A stretch of DNA of 63,235 nucleotides, counting the filler, from Rozella allomycis CSF55 (Eukaryota), in assembly GCA_000442015.1 (NCBI GenBank). It is 9 parts of 9 records of this genome, joined end to end, with 100 filler letters (N's around TTAATTAATTAA, not from the genome) between each part and the next. Parts side by side here need not be neighbours in the genome. Positions count along the whole stretch, not along the records: positions 46,838 to 53,318 come from KE561085.1; positions 53,419 to 55,041 come from KE561086.1; positions 55,142 to 57,691 come from KE561090.1; positions 57,792 to 63,235 come from KE561098.1; 5 more parts are not named here. One strand, 5' to 3'. Below the pieces are notes generated by a model that saw only the letters and a program-made list of their open reading frames with translations, was not told where the DNA came from and made no database searches. Both the position numbers and the translations under genes were made by a program. Positions 49,590-62,480 of this stretch are shown piece by piece (position 1 is the stretch's first letter; each line of letters begins with the position of its first letter).

Positions 49590-52500
49590 TTATTTACTTT
49601 TAAATTGCTTTTCGAGATCAGACACATAAACCGCATTCTTGTTTAAAGAATTGAGAAACGATGAAGAGCTATTAGATTTCCTGTTAGATGATCCATTTAG
49701 TAATAAATCTTTTAAGCCAGCAGTTAGAGCTTCAATGTTGACATTTGAAGAGTTTGAATTGTGTAATTTTGGAGACACGATATTGTGATTCTCGTCGGTT
49801 GATGAATTTGAAAATGATGTGTTTGAGTTTGCTGGGTCGTTTGCATCAGTTTGGCTGAGTGCCTTGAATGGTTGAGTCAAGTTTAAAATGGAATTTGTTT
49901 TGACTATTAAGCATCTATTTGAAGAGCAAATATTGTCTAGATTAGAAGCTGCGTCGAATGGGATGTCAAAAAGAACTAGTACGGATGAAGATTGAATTTG
50001 TATGATTGTTCCTTGGTAGCCAAACGGAACATTGCCAGATTCTAAGCAATAAACAACCCTATCGCCGAGATTGAATTTTTGATTCCTCAAGTGAAAGGAT
50101 GCGTTTATTGACGATAAGAGGCACTAGGATTAATTTAATGAAAATTGAATACTTTTTTGTCGATCCAAATTGATGAATTTGCTTTGGCGTTTTTAGTATT
50201 TTCTTGTTGAATATTTACTATAAATCTTTCAATATTTTGGATTGATTCAGAATTCAATTGAAGGGAATCTAATGGAACAGTTTGAAAATCTTTTTTGACA
50301 TTTTTTAGAAAAAATAAAACTTTATCCAAATCTTGTTTTGAATTGAATAAATCGTTCCAATTTATAAATTTACTATTTTCTGAGATTTTGCTTTCCAGTT
50401 TATCAAAAAGAGTTGGAAAAGAGTTTTTGTAATTTGAAATTNCTCTGAAGTCCGTGTCGTAAACTCCCCGTCCGATAAAGTAATTATTCTCAGTACTAAA
50501 ACACCGAATATATATAATAGCCCAATTATCAGGTAAATACTTTCAGACCTTTTATTTTACAGGTAAAAGTCGAACCGTGTTTTTGATGTTTTCAACATAC
50601 AGAGCCAAGTCATTTTGAAATGTCATTTTGTCTTGATAATCTCTCACCAATCGATCAATTTCCAATTTTGTTTCTTCAATTTTTTGGATTAAATTCCACT
50701 CTTGCAGAGACTGTTTTAGAATGTTAAGCTTTTCACCTGGTGCCAAGGATGTTGCAGTTTTCATTAAACCAAGATAATTGAATTCACCATTTCCTTCATA
50801 AAATCCATTCAGGATATCTGGTTTAAAATATCCATTGGATTGTTTTTCAATACTAAAATCAATAATCATTGGTTTGTTATTAACTAGTCCACAATTGGAA
50901 CCATTGGTCGTGCAATCTCGAAGACATAAAATACGTGAAATTAAATCCAATTGAATCAAAGGTTTTGAATGAAAGGTTTTTTCTGTCAATTGAGAAAGTA
51001 ATTGGATAGAAACTTCTTTGGAGGCAATGTACAGTGTTCTTTTGGTACCGTGAAAAGGAATAATGACATGCACTTGAGGACCCATTCCAAGCGAATGTAA
51101 TAATTTGTAAATAAAGATTTCTTTGGTGTCTGGAGATTTGATACTTTTGATATTGTCTTCTGTAGGCCCATATTGATGTGTTTTAATGTAAAAACGAGTC
51201 CTTTGCGGTCNACTTTAAATCGTTCATCTTGATGAAGATTATCAAATATGATCAATTCAAGTGGAACTTTAATAGCGTTGGCTTCAAATTCTTTCACTAG
51301 AGAGCCATCAAGAGAAATTTTCATTCCTTTAACTTTCTTTACAATTCCTACATATTTTGATTTTATTCTAATTCCTTTGTTTATTAAATAGAATTTATTT
51401 AAGTTTGAATCTTTGTTATTTTCTATTCCCAATAAAATTCCTTGGAATAAAAACGGATAATCAATAAGAACATTTATATTGTTGGATGCAGTGGAAGAAA
51501 AGCTTATTGATTGTTCAAAATTGAAATCAAAATTCATTCCTGAAATTTCCTTAATTTTTACTAAATTTTCTTCGCTTGTTGAATCTTGAATTTCTAAAAT
51601 AATACTTTTATTTCTGGATGGATAATTAAACAATTCAATCTTGGCATATTCTATTTTTATTGAATGCTTAATTAATGTTAATGTTGGAAACCCTGGTAAT
51701 ATATTTCTTTTAACGAATTGTTCTTCTCTTAATTTATTTTCAAATGACAATTCTAAATCTAAAATTGGCAAATTATAAATTTCGTATTTATTATTTTCAA
51801 TCGTTAAAGTGGATCCAAATTCATTCATTCGATTTTCCTTTTCAGTCAAGAATTTGTATTTTTCATTGATGCATCTTAGTAATCTTTCTTGATCAATAAA
51901 TGGAATTAAAATTATCCCCTGCCAACTATTTTTATTCCCATTTAAATCAACTTGAAACTCTTCTGGATAGAAATCATAAATAGGCGACTCTTCTTCCATT
52001 AAATTTTGTAAACATTTTGGTATCAACTTTTTTGATCTACTTGGCAAAACTCCCATCAACTGCTCAAATGGCTTAAATGGCTCTCCCATCACAAAATCAA
52101 ACTTGAAACCTTTAATTTGTTTAACGTCACTTATAAACGGCGAATAATGATTCTCATAAAACCATCCCCACGATATCACACCTTGGTAATAATAATGAAT
52201 AATCCATTGTAATCCTTTAACATATTCATACACAAGACTCTTTATTTCTTCATTGCTATCAATTCCCATTTTCTCCTTGTAATATTCTTTTTTCCATTCT
52301 TCAAAATCTAAATTGTACATCTTTTTCAATTTAATAATTTTATTTCCTTCATCTTTTAAATCTTCTTCTATCATTTCTAAATTTTCATATTCTGAACAAA
52401 TTTTTCTTAAAAACTCTCGATCTTTTTCATCACATAAACTATAAAAGTCTCTAGGGAATTTATATTCCATTTCATAACTATTAACAAATTCATCCACTAC

Positions 52501-53318
52501 CACAATCAGTTGTTTTTCAATCTCACTCTTTCCTTTTGATCTCTTATTTTCTCCTTCATATCTCACCCTTTCTTTCTTCCCCATATTCCCAATAAACACC
52601 TCAAATCTATTCAAATTAATCTTCCCAAATTCATTCAAATATCCATCAATCTCAATCAAACTTTCTTTATAACTCTCAAATATTTCCTCTAACGCNGAAA
52701 AGGTGAAATGGGAAATAGGTTGCACCTATGATTTGTAAATTTGGTAACGTTGGGATAAAATCATTTCCCACCAACATCGATATCAAAATAAAATCATCAA
52801 TTATTCTCTCCAACGAATATTCAAACTTTATCACCTCTTTCAACTCTTCAAATTCAAAATTCAAATATTCTCGAACAAGGCACAAATGCATCAAATAAAA
52901 TTTTCTACTATTTTTCAAGCTATTTATTACACTTCATCGTCCTTTCTCTCTTTTTCTTTCCCAAAGTCTACTTGTTCTCTCAATAATGCAAAGTTTGGTT
53001 CGTGTGACAATAACCCAAGCATTATCAAGTCAGCATCTAGTCCATACAAACAATGCCTAGTATTAACGTCATGATCTTTCTTCGCTTTATTCAGTCGTAT
53101 ATATCTATATTGCTTTGCTGTTTCATTTACTCCATAATTTTATGTTCTCCTTCGCCAGGAACTTCAGGCCCAGAATATATAACTTTCACGTTTTTCCAGT
53201 TTACATCGTTTTTCTTCTTATCAGATAAATATTTCTTAAGCCGTTCACTCATATTGTACATAAATTCTGTCCCGGGCGTTATACAATTACTATCAAACTT
53301 TTCTTGCTTATTTATCAA
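49590..53318 (-). CDS. XRN1: 5'-3' exoribonuclease 1 (partial; interrupted by unrelated sequence at 50443-51210)
   Basis: FDSNCITPGTEFM, VPGEGEHKIM, CLYGLDADLIMLGL, GNDFIP, YYYQG..SW.W.Y..HYSP, PFEQLMGVLP, DFYP..F..DLNG, C-terminal LGDRV..VPFG..GT SH3-like region. Confidence 0.92.
50552..51208 (-). CDS. Atypical (PI3K/HipA-like fold) kinase fragment, 5'-truncated
   Basis: The frame extends upstream of the tracked ORF: FYIKTHQ (Lys), KEIFIYKLL (Glu), RILCLRDCTTNGSNCG (catalytic-loop-like) and IIDF. Confidence 0.55.
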   Translation of the reverse strand, partial: PQRTRFYIKTHQYGPTEDNIKSIKSPDTKEIFIYKLLHSLGMGPQVHVIIPFHGTKRTLYIASKEVSIQLLSQLTEKTFHSKPLIQLDLISRILCLRDCTTNGSNCGLVNNKPMIIDFSIEKQSNGYFKPDILNGFYEGNGEFNYLGLMKTATSLAPGEKLNILKQSLQEWNLIQKIEETKLEIDRLVRDYQDKMTFQNDLALYVENIKNTVRLLPVK

Positions 53319-56079
53319 NNNNNNNNNNNNNNNNNNNNNNNNNNNNNNNNNNNNNNNNNNNNTTAATTAATTAANNNNNNNNNNNNNNNNNNNNNNNNNN
53401 NNNNNNNNNNNNNNNNNNATCTTACCTGATTTCCGAAATTACTCAAACTGAAAAATAACTATTTTTAATGATAAATCCACCCTTTTCCCCACCAGCTTCA
53501 CCCGATTCCTTTAATTTTTTAGGTAATTTTTGAACCCGATTTTACCTACACTTTTTTTCGGAAAAATCCAAGTTCAAAAACAAAGGTTGGGCTAAAAAAA
53601 CTGAAACCTAGAGCCAAAAATATCAAAAACAGGATCAAAACAGAACCACCGAAATCCGAATGAGCAAATGCTTTACGACAATAACAATTTTGATTACTAG
53701 CGGTTGTACTCGCCTCGCTCGCATTAAAAAACTGGATTGTGTTCGTTATGTTTGTCAATTCTCGCATAGATAAAACCGATACTNACGACAATAACAATTT
53801 TGATTATGAGCTTCCTGAAGAAATATGTGATTATGAGGGTACTGAATGCGAGGAAGAGGCCTCATCCCATGATAAAAGGATAAAACCGATACTACAATCC
53901 AGATGGTAAGCAGAAGAATTATGTGATTATGAGAGTACTGAATGCGAGGAAGAGGCCTCATCCCATGATAAAAGGCAACAACTCAAGCGATTGCGTTCGA
54001 TATCAATCAAGCCAGACTTACTAAAAAACAATCATAAGAAGTAAAACATGCAGCGGTAAAGAATGTTCTGTCTCTGACTGTCATGAACCTGCATATTGCC
54101 GATGTACATCCTGCCTATTAAATCCCGTTTTCTGTAACAGTCATGGTTCATTGCATGCGAATAATATGATGACGTGCTTCGTAGTTAATAAAAAGCAAGA
54201 ATATCAATTGAAACCGTATGATACAATATGGAAGGTAATTGCAGATCAATTTGACATTCCCATACAATGCAAACTTCATANCGGAACGTAGCCTGTGAAG
54301 AATATACCTTTGGTTACCGTGAACGGTTGGAATTACGTGCTGCCGACGATGTCCATTAACGAATTACTATCTCAGAACTTCATACCAGCTTCTCCAGAGA
54401 ATCCTATAGTTGCATTTCATTTAGCATTGTTTAAATTGGGCGGTTCATGTACCTAACAGGGAACCTTTCGTATGAAACAATATGGAAGGTAATTGTCGAT
54501 CAATTTGACATTCCCATACAACGCAACTCTTATAACTTTTAATAATTTAAGTAATTACAAAGATATTGCGGCTGACATTTTAGCAACGCGCCGAGAATGC
54601 TTTAAGACAAGGATTATCTCAAGACATGGAAGAGCAAATAAGAATGACTGCATTCCGCATTAAATCGGCAAAAACTAAGATGGATACTAAATTAGGACCA
54701 GTAGCTTTAGAGTATTATAAAGACGACTTTAAGGACGCTAAATCAAATCTACACAAGCAAATGGTATCTTACAATTCAAGTAGAGCTTCGCCTGATCAAA
54801 TATGTGAATCGATTGTTTTGAATAACTAAGAATATGTAATTGAATGTGATGCTTTAAAATCAAAAGTGACTGCGTGGAAAAATCTGTAAGAAATTAAAAT
54901 TCGACTGGGTGATCTAAAAAGAATAGCTACCAATCCAAAAGCATGTTTAACTGTTCAAGATGAAGCTACAAAAGAGTTTTATGATCAATATTTGACATCA
55001 AAAGATCAATTCATGTTAGAAGCAAATGAGCACTTCACTAANNNNNNNNNNNNNNNNNNNNNNNNNNNNNNNNNNNNNNNNNNNNTTAATTAATTAANNN
55101 NNNNNNNNNNNNNNNNNNNNNNNNNNNNNNNNNNNNNNNNNACAAGCCAGTTATTAATATAATATAACTTTTCTGCCGAATTTCCTTAAATAGATTTTGT
55201 TTTTACCCCTTAAATTTTTAAACTCATTTTGTATCATAACTAATAATCATGTTATCTTTATTTACCTAAAATCAATTTGGAATTATCGTAAATAAAAACA
55301 AGCTGTTGCTTTAGTCAAAACATTGCTAAATTTATCGTCCCTCAAATTTTTAATTTTGGTTTATCTAACAAAAATATATTGTCAGCAATTTTTGAATCGG
55401 TGGTCCGCGTTTTTGAAAATAGAGTGAGATACTGCCAATGCTGGTAGCTTGGAGATAAGTTAAGTATTATAGTTTTAAGTAGTGACACGTCATAGCGTTA
55501 GTTTACTCGTCAGGATAGTCTCATAAAGTAGATGAAACATGGACTACCCCTTAATGTCTTTTTGGACCAGTTAAAAGCTCATCCAAGTCCATCTATATAT
55601 AGATAGATCCTTAACATTGTTCATAATAATAACCATCCATCAATAACAAAACTTGACAGGTAAATGTAGACAATTGATGCCTTTACTGGAGCGATACCCG
55701 GTTTGGGTAACGTATCAAAATCTATGAGATCATGTAAAAGCATAAAAAATGTAGTGAGATCAGACATATGAAATTGTTTTAGCCTGTCAAAGATTGAGGA
55801 GGTAAAGAATTACAAAAAGGTGCCTACACGGCACCTTTATCAAAAACGGTTAGTTTTATAGAGTCTAACAACTTGATCTAGTAAAAAATATATATTTTAA
55901 TATAATTTTTTTTAAAGATTAGTAAAAACCGGTGTCTAATGCCGACAAATCAACGTGTTCACGTTATGTGATCATTCGCCTACGTGAGAGTCACGCGTGG
56001 GTATCTGCTTAACATTTAAACCTACTAGCGATATTTTTACCGCTAGATATTAATATGACATGTTGTTTATAGTATAATA

Positions 56080-57570
56080 TGATCAATCCTTTATTCAGGG
56101 GTACAAAATGTTTTGTTTACAATAACCTGGTTACCACCGATGCCAGGCAAAATTAAAGGAGAGTCAAATTTAGCTTGTAGACGTCGCATTTTGTCATTTA
56201 AGAAGGCAATCTACTTACCTCCGAGCTATCAATGTGTACTTTGCAGTGCTATTCTGTATCCTGAAGAAACCAAATTTGTCAGTCCCAACACGTTAGCGGA
56301 TTGTCCAATTATGACAAAATGGCATATTATGCCTCAACTTGTGAATGGACAATATCCTGTATGCAAGAATCAATCAAACAGTTGTCAATTGATTCTCTAC
56401 CCTGGTCCAATTCCAAAGGAAATTGACATTTTAAGCAAAAAGGAGACATCATATCTATCACCTGTGAAGGTTTTTGTAAAGTTTAGTACATCCAGTGGTC
56501 ATCTTTACAACAACAGAGGCGCAATTCATCAAAACACGGTGTCTTGAAACTTTTGCCAAATAATGACCACAAGTCCGTAATCAAATTGCTTCATTCAACA
56601 CTTTGTGAAGACTCAGAGTCGGCATCCTTTCAGAATCATTTAAAATTGATGGACGCCGCACAATTGTTATACCGAAATAATACTATTCTCGCATCTCTCG
56701 ACGAAAACGATTTCTTAACTAATGTCATCAAAAAAGCTGAACTTAACGTNTAATACACGATCATAACTTGTAAAATTAGGTCACATGATCATAAGGCCTT
56801 TGCCGTTACAGGAACTTTGATTTTTGATCCTTTGATGCACAATATGCAATCATTGTGAAACAAGACATATGAAGATCAATGTGATCAATCCTTTATTCAA
56901 GGGTACAAAATGTTTTGTTTACAATAACCTAGTTACCACCGATGCCAGGCAAAATTAAAGGAGAGTCAAATTTAGCTTGTAGGCGTCGCATTTTGTCATT
57001 TAAGAAGGCAATCTACTTACCTCCTAGCTATCAATGTGTGCTTTGCAGTGCTATTCTGTATCCTGAAGAAACCAAATTCGTCAGTCCCAACACGTTAGCG
57101 GATTGTCCAATTATGACAAAATGGCATATTATGCCTCAACTTGTGAATGGACAATATCCTGTATGCAAGAATCAATCAAACAGTTGTCAATTGATTCTCT
57201 ACCCTGGTCCAATTNTTCTCTGCCCTGGGGCAATTACAAAGGAGATTGAAATTTTAAGCAAAAAAGAGAGATCGTATCTATCACCAGTGAAGGTTTATAT
57301 CAAGTTTAGTACATCCAGTGGTCATATTTACAACAACAGAGGCGCAATTCATCAACACGGTGTCTTGAAACTTTTGCCAAATAATGACCATAAGTCCGTC
57401 ATCAAATTGCTTCATTCAACACTTTGTGAAGACTCATATATAAGTGTGTTAAATGGAGGTAATATAATTTTGGTTATCTGTAAAGNATGAGTTGATATGG
57501 GCTCTCCTACGCTATTTATCACATTAAGATGTAACGCATATGGCTGGCCAGAAATAAAGCAATATATAAG
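56080..57570 (+). mobile_element. Helitron/Helentron Rep-helicase remnants (two near-identical N-terminal copies plus Rep motif)
   Basis: 56080-56612 is repeated at 56882-57435 (CxxC...IPKEI.IL...E); at 57497 MGSPTLFITLRCNAYGWPEIK resembles Helitron Rep motif 1 (G.PxxFxT.....WPE). Confidence 0.6.
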
Positions 57571-57975
57571 TGTGTTAANGTTTAACATTAGCCTCCCCCA
57601 CAGTCCATTCTGGACAATATTGAAAAAGTTTATATAGCGACTTTTGGTGATGGGGCATCTACAGAGTTTATAAGATTTTATGACGAGCCAANNNNNNNNN
57701 NNNNNNNNNNNNNNNNNNNNNNNNNNNNNNNNNNNTTAATTAATTAANNNNNNNNNNNNNNNNNNNNNNNNNNNNNNNNNNNNNNNNNNNNAATTTATAA
57801 ATAAATCTATTTTAATTTCTTAAAAAAAATAATTTATATTAATTATGATGTCTTAATGGTTATTGGTTAATATTAATTACTAATTACTTCATTCATACCC
57901 GAATTTTAGATTTTTGTGGCTGATTCGCCATCTTTTAGATTTCCAGATTTTCATAGGGATACCCTGGTTATCTCG

Positions 57976-59763
57976 ATGAAAATATTTCTCGCAGTGTTCC
58001 TCTATTGCTTAGACTTTCTAGTTGCTTCACCTACTGGTGCAAAGGTGTGTGACAGACCTCTGAATGTGCTTCTGCTTGGCTACATGGGTACTGGAAAGTC
58101 TAGTATAATAAATGTTCTACACGGTCTACTCGACTTGGAAGATGGAGATGAAAACGCAGTAGCGAAAACCTCTTACGGTGGCAAGTCGTGCACACGTGAA
58201 GTCTCAGCCTATTCCTGTAGTCATAACGGAATCTCTCTTCGCATTATTGATACTCCTGGATTTGAAGCTACCAAAGAAAGAAACAATGCTATATCATCTC
58301 AAATTCTTTCTGAAGTGCCTAATCTTTTCAGAGATGGATTTGACTCATTCTTTTTGGTAGTCAAAATGGACAGAACATCATATCCTAAACTCGCGAATAT
58401 CATGAATTCTTTACAGTCTTTAATTAATCAGGAAGGATACAATCATGGATTTATTGTTTTTACTTATGCTGACAACGTTTTGAAAGAGGAAACGGCAGAG
58501 AATGAAGTAATTGAAGAATTTAAAGTGGAAATGAAAAATTTGGCGCCCAGTGAATTCCTTGTATCGGTTAGATATCTGTTTTATCGCCATAACAAGCTTA
58601 CTTACTTTGTCAATAACAAAAGAGAAAAGCTAAATGACGAAAAGACGAGGGAAGTGTTTCTTGAGAATGCGTATGCTGCCATTTATCAAAAATGTATTGA
58701 AAATAATGGTCGAACTTTTAGTAATCTGGCCATGAAAAAGGCAAAGGAAAATTATGAATCTGAACAAGTCATCATTGAAGAGTATCGTAAGAAAAGACTT
58801 GAATTAAAACGATTGTATGAGAATCTTGTTGCTACAACTGGAACACTATCAGCGGATTTAAATCAGACGTCCATAGACGCCAAGAAGTTAGCACCATCAA
58901 CATTTGAAATTGTAAATCAAAATCAAAAGACCCAAAAACAAGTGTTACAAGATGAAAAAGATTTTGATGAAAAGACCAAAGAATTTGCCAAGAAAGTGCG
59001 AAGCTTTCATTTTACTCGTGACCAAATCGATCAAGCTGCAAAAAATGTGACGACTTTAAACAATGCCTGTCAACTCACTTTCGAAACTTACAACAATGCT
59101 ACAAAAAACTTTACAAACACATATAACTCAATGACGCCAGTGAAAATTTCTGACATTGCTTACACATCAACAAATTCGAAATCATTTTTTAACACTGTTT
59201 GGGAATCATTGATGATAGGAGTATTGGTTACCAGAAAGTCCGCCTTAAAAGCTTTGCAAGGAGAATTAAACAAGGCATTCATTTATTATAAAGATCACTT
59301 TAAGGTTATAGCAGAAGAAATAAAGAATAGCACCATTGTAATGCCTAAATTGAATGCCACCAATCCAACTTTCAGTAATTACACTTCACATATTGAAAAT
59401 CTAAAGAAGTTTAACAAGACAGTCTCATTCGAAGCAGCGAAAATCCGAAATAGTACGATCGAAATGGCGAAAGTTCCCTACGTTAGGCAATATCCTAATA
59501 ATACTTTACTTATCAGGATTGCGGAACATATAGATAGGTTTGAAGAATCTGAAGCATCGAAACCGAAAATTAATCGGGAGTCCGAGCTATTGGTTACTTT
59601 GCATATGTATGGTCAATTTGAACAACGCATCCCGTTCACCCCAGCTGTTGAGTCATTGCCGTTATATTACGTGAATTTAAATGAAACCGAGCGCGAAGGA
59701 GAGGATTTATATCATCGAAATCAGTTGTTACGTGATTGTTTCTCCTACATTTGTTTAGTTTAA
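57976..59763 (+). CDS. AIG1/GIMAP-family GTPase with signal peptide and long C-terminal coiled coil
   Basis: G1 VLLLGYMGTGKSS, G2 SCT, G3 IIDTPG, G4 IVFTYAD; N-terminus MKIFLAVFLYCLDFLVA; intronless. Confidence 0.8.
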   Translation: MKIFLAVFLYCLDFLVASPTGAKVCDRPLNVLLLGYMGTGKSSIINVLHGLLDLEDGDENAVAKTSYGGKSCTREVSAYSCSHNGISLRIIDTPGFEATKERNNAISSQILSEVPNLFRDGFDSFFLVVKMDRTSYPKLANIMNSLQSLINQEGYNHGFIVFTYADNVLKEETAENEVIEEFKVEMKNLAPSEFLVSVRYLFYRHNKLTYFVNNKREKLNDEKTREVFLENAYAAIYQKCIENNGRTFSNLAMKKAKENYESEQVIIEEYRKKRLELKRLYENLVATTGTLSADLNQTSIDAKKLAPSTFEIVNQNQKTQKQVLQDEKDFDEKTKEFAKKVRSFHFTRDQIDQAAKNVTTLNNACQLTFETYNNATKNFTNTYNSMTPVKISDIAYTSTNSKSFFNTVWESLMIGVLVTRKSALKALQGELNKAFIYYKDHFKVIAEEIKNSTIVMPKLNATNPTFSNYTSHIENLKKFNKTVSFEAAKIRNSTIEMAKVPYVRQYPNNTLLIRIAEHIDRFEESEASKPKINRESELLVTLHMYGQFEQRIPFTPAVESLPLYYVNLNETEREGEDLYHRNQLLRDCFSYICLV

Positions 59764-60106
59764 TAAAATATTTTTATCAATTAACCTAGACTTTTTTTAT
59801 CTTTGCATTATCTAGCAGATTTGAATTGAAGCCAAGATAAACAAAATTTCTTATCGAACAGTTCGAATGCTCATTCAATATTGAGTCCCCCATAATTCCC
59901 AGTATAGATAGAGGTGATTCTTCCCACAAAATCTCCCAATAAAAACCCTACTAAAAATTCTAACAGGATGGGTCACGAGTTTGTAAAAGAAGTAAGAATG
60001 GTAACACTAAAATAATATCTTTGTGGATAATTCATTTAAATAATAGCACCTTTGAAATGCCTAAATTAAATGCCGCGAATTCAAGTTTTAGTAATTACAC
60101 TTCTGA

Positions 60107-61347
60107 ACAAGTCTCGCAGTGCTCGTTAAATCGGACGGGGAGTTTATAATTAAAAACAAAAACAACTGTCTTCTATCCTTATCATTTTTTGACATTAGTT
60201 TGAAGATGCCATGGAAATTGTGATTTTTTCTAACATAAAATCGATATATATTTTCAAAAACAATTCAGCAATTCATTTTCCCAGAAACTCCTAATTCACA
60301 GGCATTTTACTTGTTTCTTATTAACTTTGCTTTAACTCCCTCATAGAAATCTTCATTTTTCTTTATTCACAAACAATCAACGGAAGATTTCATGAACCTT
60401 CGTGGAAAACGAATTTGGTACTATATTCATGAAGCTTTCAACAGAAATTTGTCGGAGAATCAGGTCATAGCCTTGATCAACTCAGAAAGTTTAATTAATC
60501 AATAAAAAATGTTGATATATTTAAAAAAATTTTACCGCTTTCTTCGGAAGAACGACTAACAGCTCCTACTTTGTAGACTGACAGCTCCCGTGGTGACTAA
60601 CAGCCCTTTTGGTTGTTTATCAGCTCCCGTGGAGGCTACCAGCCCCCACTTTGTTGTCTAGCAGCTCCCGGGTTGTCTGCCGCTTTCTTCTATCGCTTCT
60701 GAACTTCATTTATCGTTTTCATCCCGCGAATCCCGAATCTGAGTCTACATTATCTTGTTTTTAAACTATCAATGTCTAAATATTTTATCTTTTAATTAAT
60801 ACAAGTCTCGCAGTGCTCGTTAAATCGGACGGGGAGTTTATAANTTTTTAAAAATTTTAACAAATTGAGTTACCAAAGGCTTTAAAACTAGATTATTTCT
60901 TATTAGCTCATTCTTCTCATTTTTTTCCATTATATTTTCAAAAGTATAAAAACCATAATTATTTAATCTTTTTAAATGACAATTAGTAAAGAAAAAGGTC
61001 AGGAATCTTCACAATTCTAGATAAGTGTAAAATTTTTGAATAGATCATAGTGTTAATAAACAAGACCTTTTTACATCAGAGAGTATCATGAAACCAAATT
61101 GAACAAAATTAAGAAGTTAATAAATTTTAATAGAAATATATGTCTATCATTGGTAACTAACTTTGAAAGGAAACCCCAGATAATCCTTGATCAATTCTGA
61201 AAGTTTAATTTATCAACAAGTCTCGCAGTGNAAATAAATTTCGTCACACAAACCAATGTTTTCTATCTTTATCATGTTTTGACATTAATGTGATTTCGAC
61301 TAAAACAAGTCTCGCAGTGCTCGTTAAATCGGACGTGGAGTTTCTAA
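60107..61347 (+). repeat. Cluster of family A repeats (60107, 60801, 61216, 61305) with shared AT-rich flanking modules
   Basis: ACAAGTCTCGCAGTGCTCGTTAAATCGGACG(G/T)GGAG repeated; flanking module CTATC.TTATCATTTTTTGACATTAG also repeated. Confidence 0.85.
60555..60680 (+). repeat. Degenerate ~20-22 bp minisatellite (GACTAACAGCTCCC...)
   Basis: CAGCTCC/CAGCCC recurs at ~21-nt spacing about six times. Confidence 0.7.
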
Positions 61348-62480
61348 TTAATAATAAATTTCTTCACGCAAAACAACTGCTTTCTATCGTGGTCATTTTT
61401 TGACATTAGTTTGAAGATCCATGGAAATTGTGATTTCGTCTAAAATTAAATCTATCGTTCGTGACCTTCATTTACCGTCTTCAAATCCCGAATCTACAAA
61501 AAATTAACAATAAATTTCTTCACACATTTCTTAGCTTATTTAAAACAAATTTATTCACACAAAACAAGTTTTTCTATCTTTATCATTTTTTGACATNGAA
61601 TTGATACAAGAAAACTCATTTATCAATAAAAAGATTGAAATATTAAGAAGAAGTCTTTTTTTCTGATTGAATCCGGGAAAAATAACTCGAAAAATGCTCA
61701 TTCCTGTCGCACCGACACAATCTCAGATTGAAAAATATGAGTCGTTCAAAAAATGTTNATAATTAGACACAAATGTGCCATATAAATGAGCAATCCAACA
61801 TGCACCTTCCGCCACCTATATCTCAACAACTACCTTCACTATAGGGGTTGAAAATAANCTCTATCGCTCGTGACCTTTGCTACACTATGGGCTCAAACGT
61901 AGGTGTACAAGCGATTCTTATGGCTCTAAAACGCTAATAGAGTAGATAAAACAACANATCACAATCCTGTGAGATTGAAAATGAGTAATAAAATATCAAT
62001 TATCAATAATAAATTCATTTATATAATAAAGATTTATTTTTATTGTTCAAAAATCACATTCAAACTCCCTACCCCGCGTACACTACCATCTGGAATATNT
62101 GAAACACAGTCGTACTAATATTGTACAAGATCGTCCGTGACACTACCATCTGGAATATCTCGCCAACGACCTTTACAACGGGACCTGAAAAAGAATATTA
62201 CTTGGCATATTGGATGTTCTGAGATCATAGACCAAATTTGGGAGAAAACGGAAGCAAACAATGGTTACAGACACACATACACACAAACACACACACACCA
62301 CTCGACAACCACCCTGGTTNTTTGACAATTCCCTCTAATTGATTTATCGATTAAGCGAGATCTAACACAGTTCCGGCAAGCAGACTTGCTGATTATATTA
62401 TAAATAAATAACGTATTTACAAGACTTTAATCAGATCTATAAATGAATTAATTAGGTTTCGACTACGCCACAGTCTACCC

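Noticed and set aside
53419-55900. Short ORFs and local duplications in these small contigs
   Set aside because: Fragmentary, N-interrupted, with no recognisable motifs.
60107-61347. CRISPR-like array from the repeated ~43-bp motif
   Set aside because: Spacing is irregular (about 90-700 bp), the intervening sequences are themselves repetitive, there are no cas genes and the context is eukaryotic.
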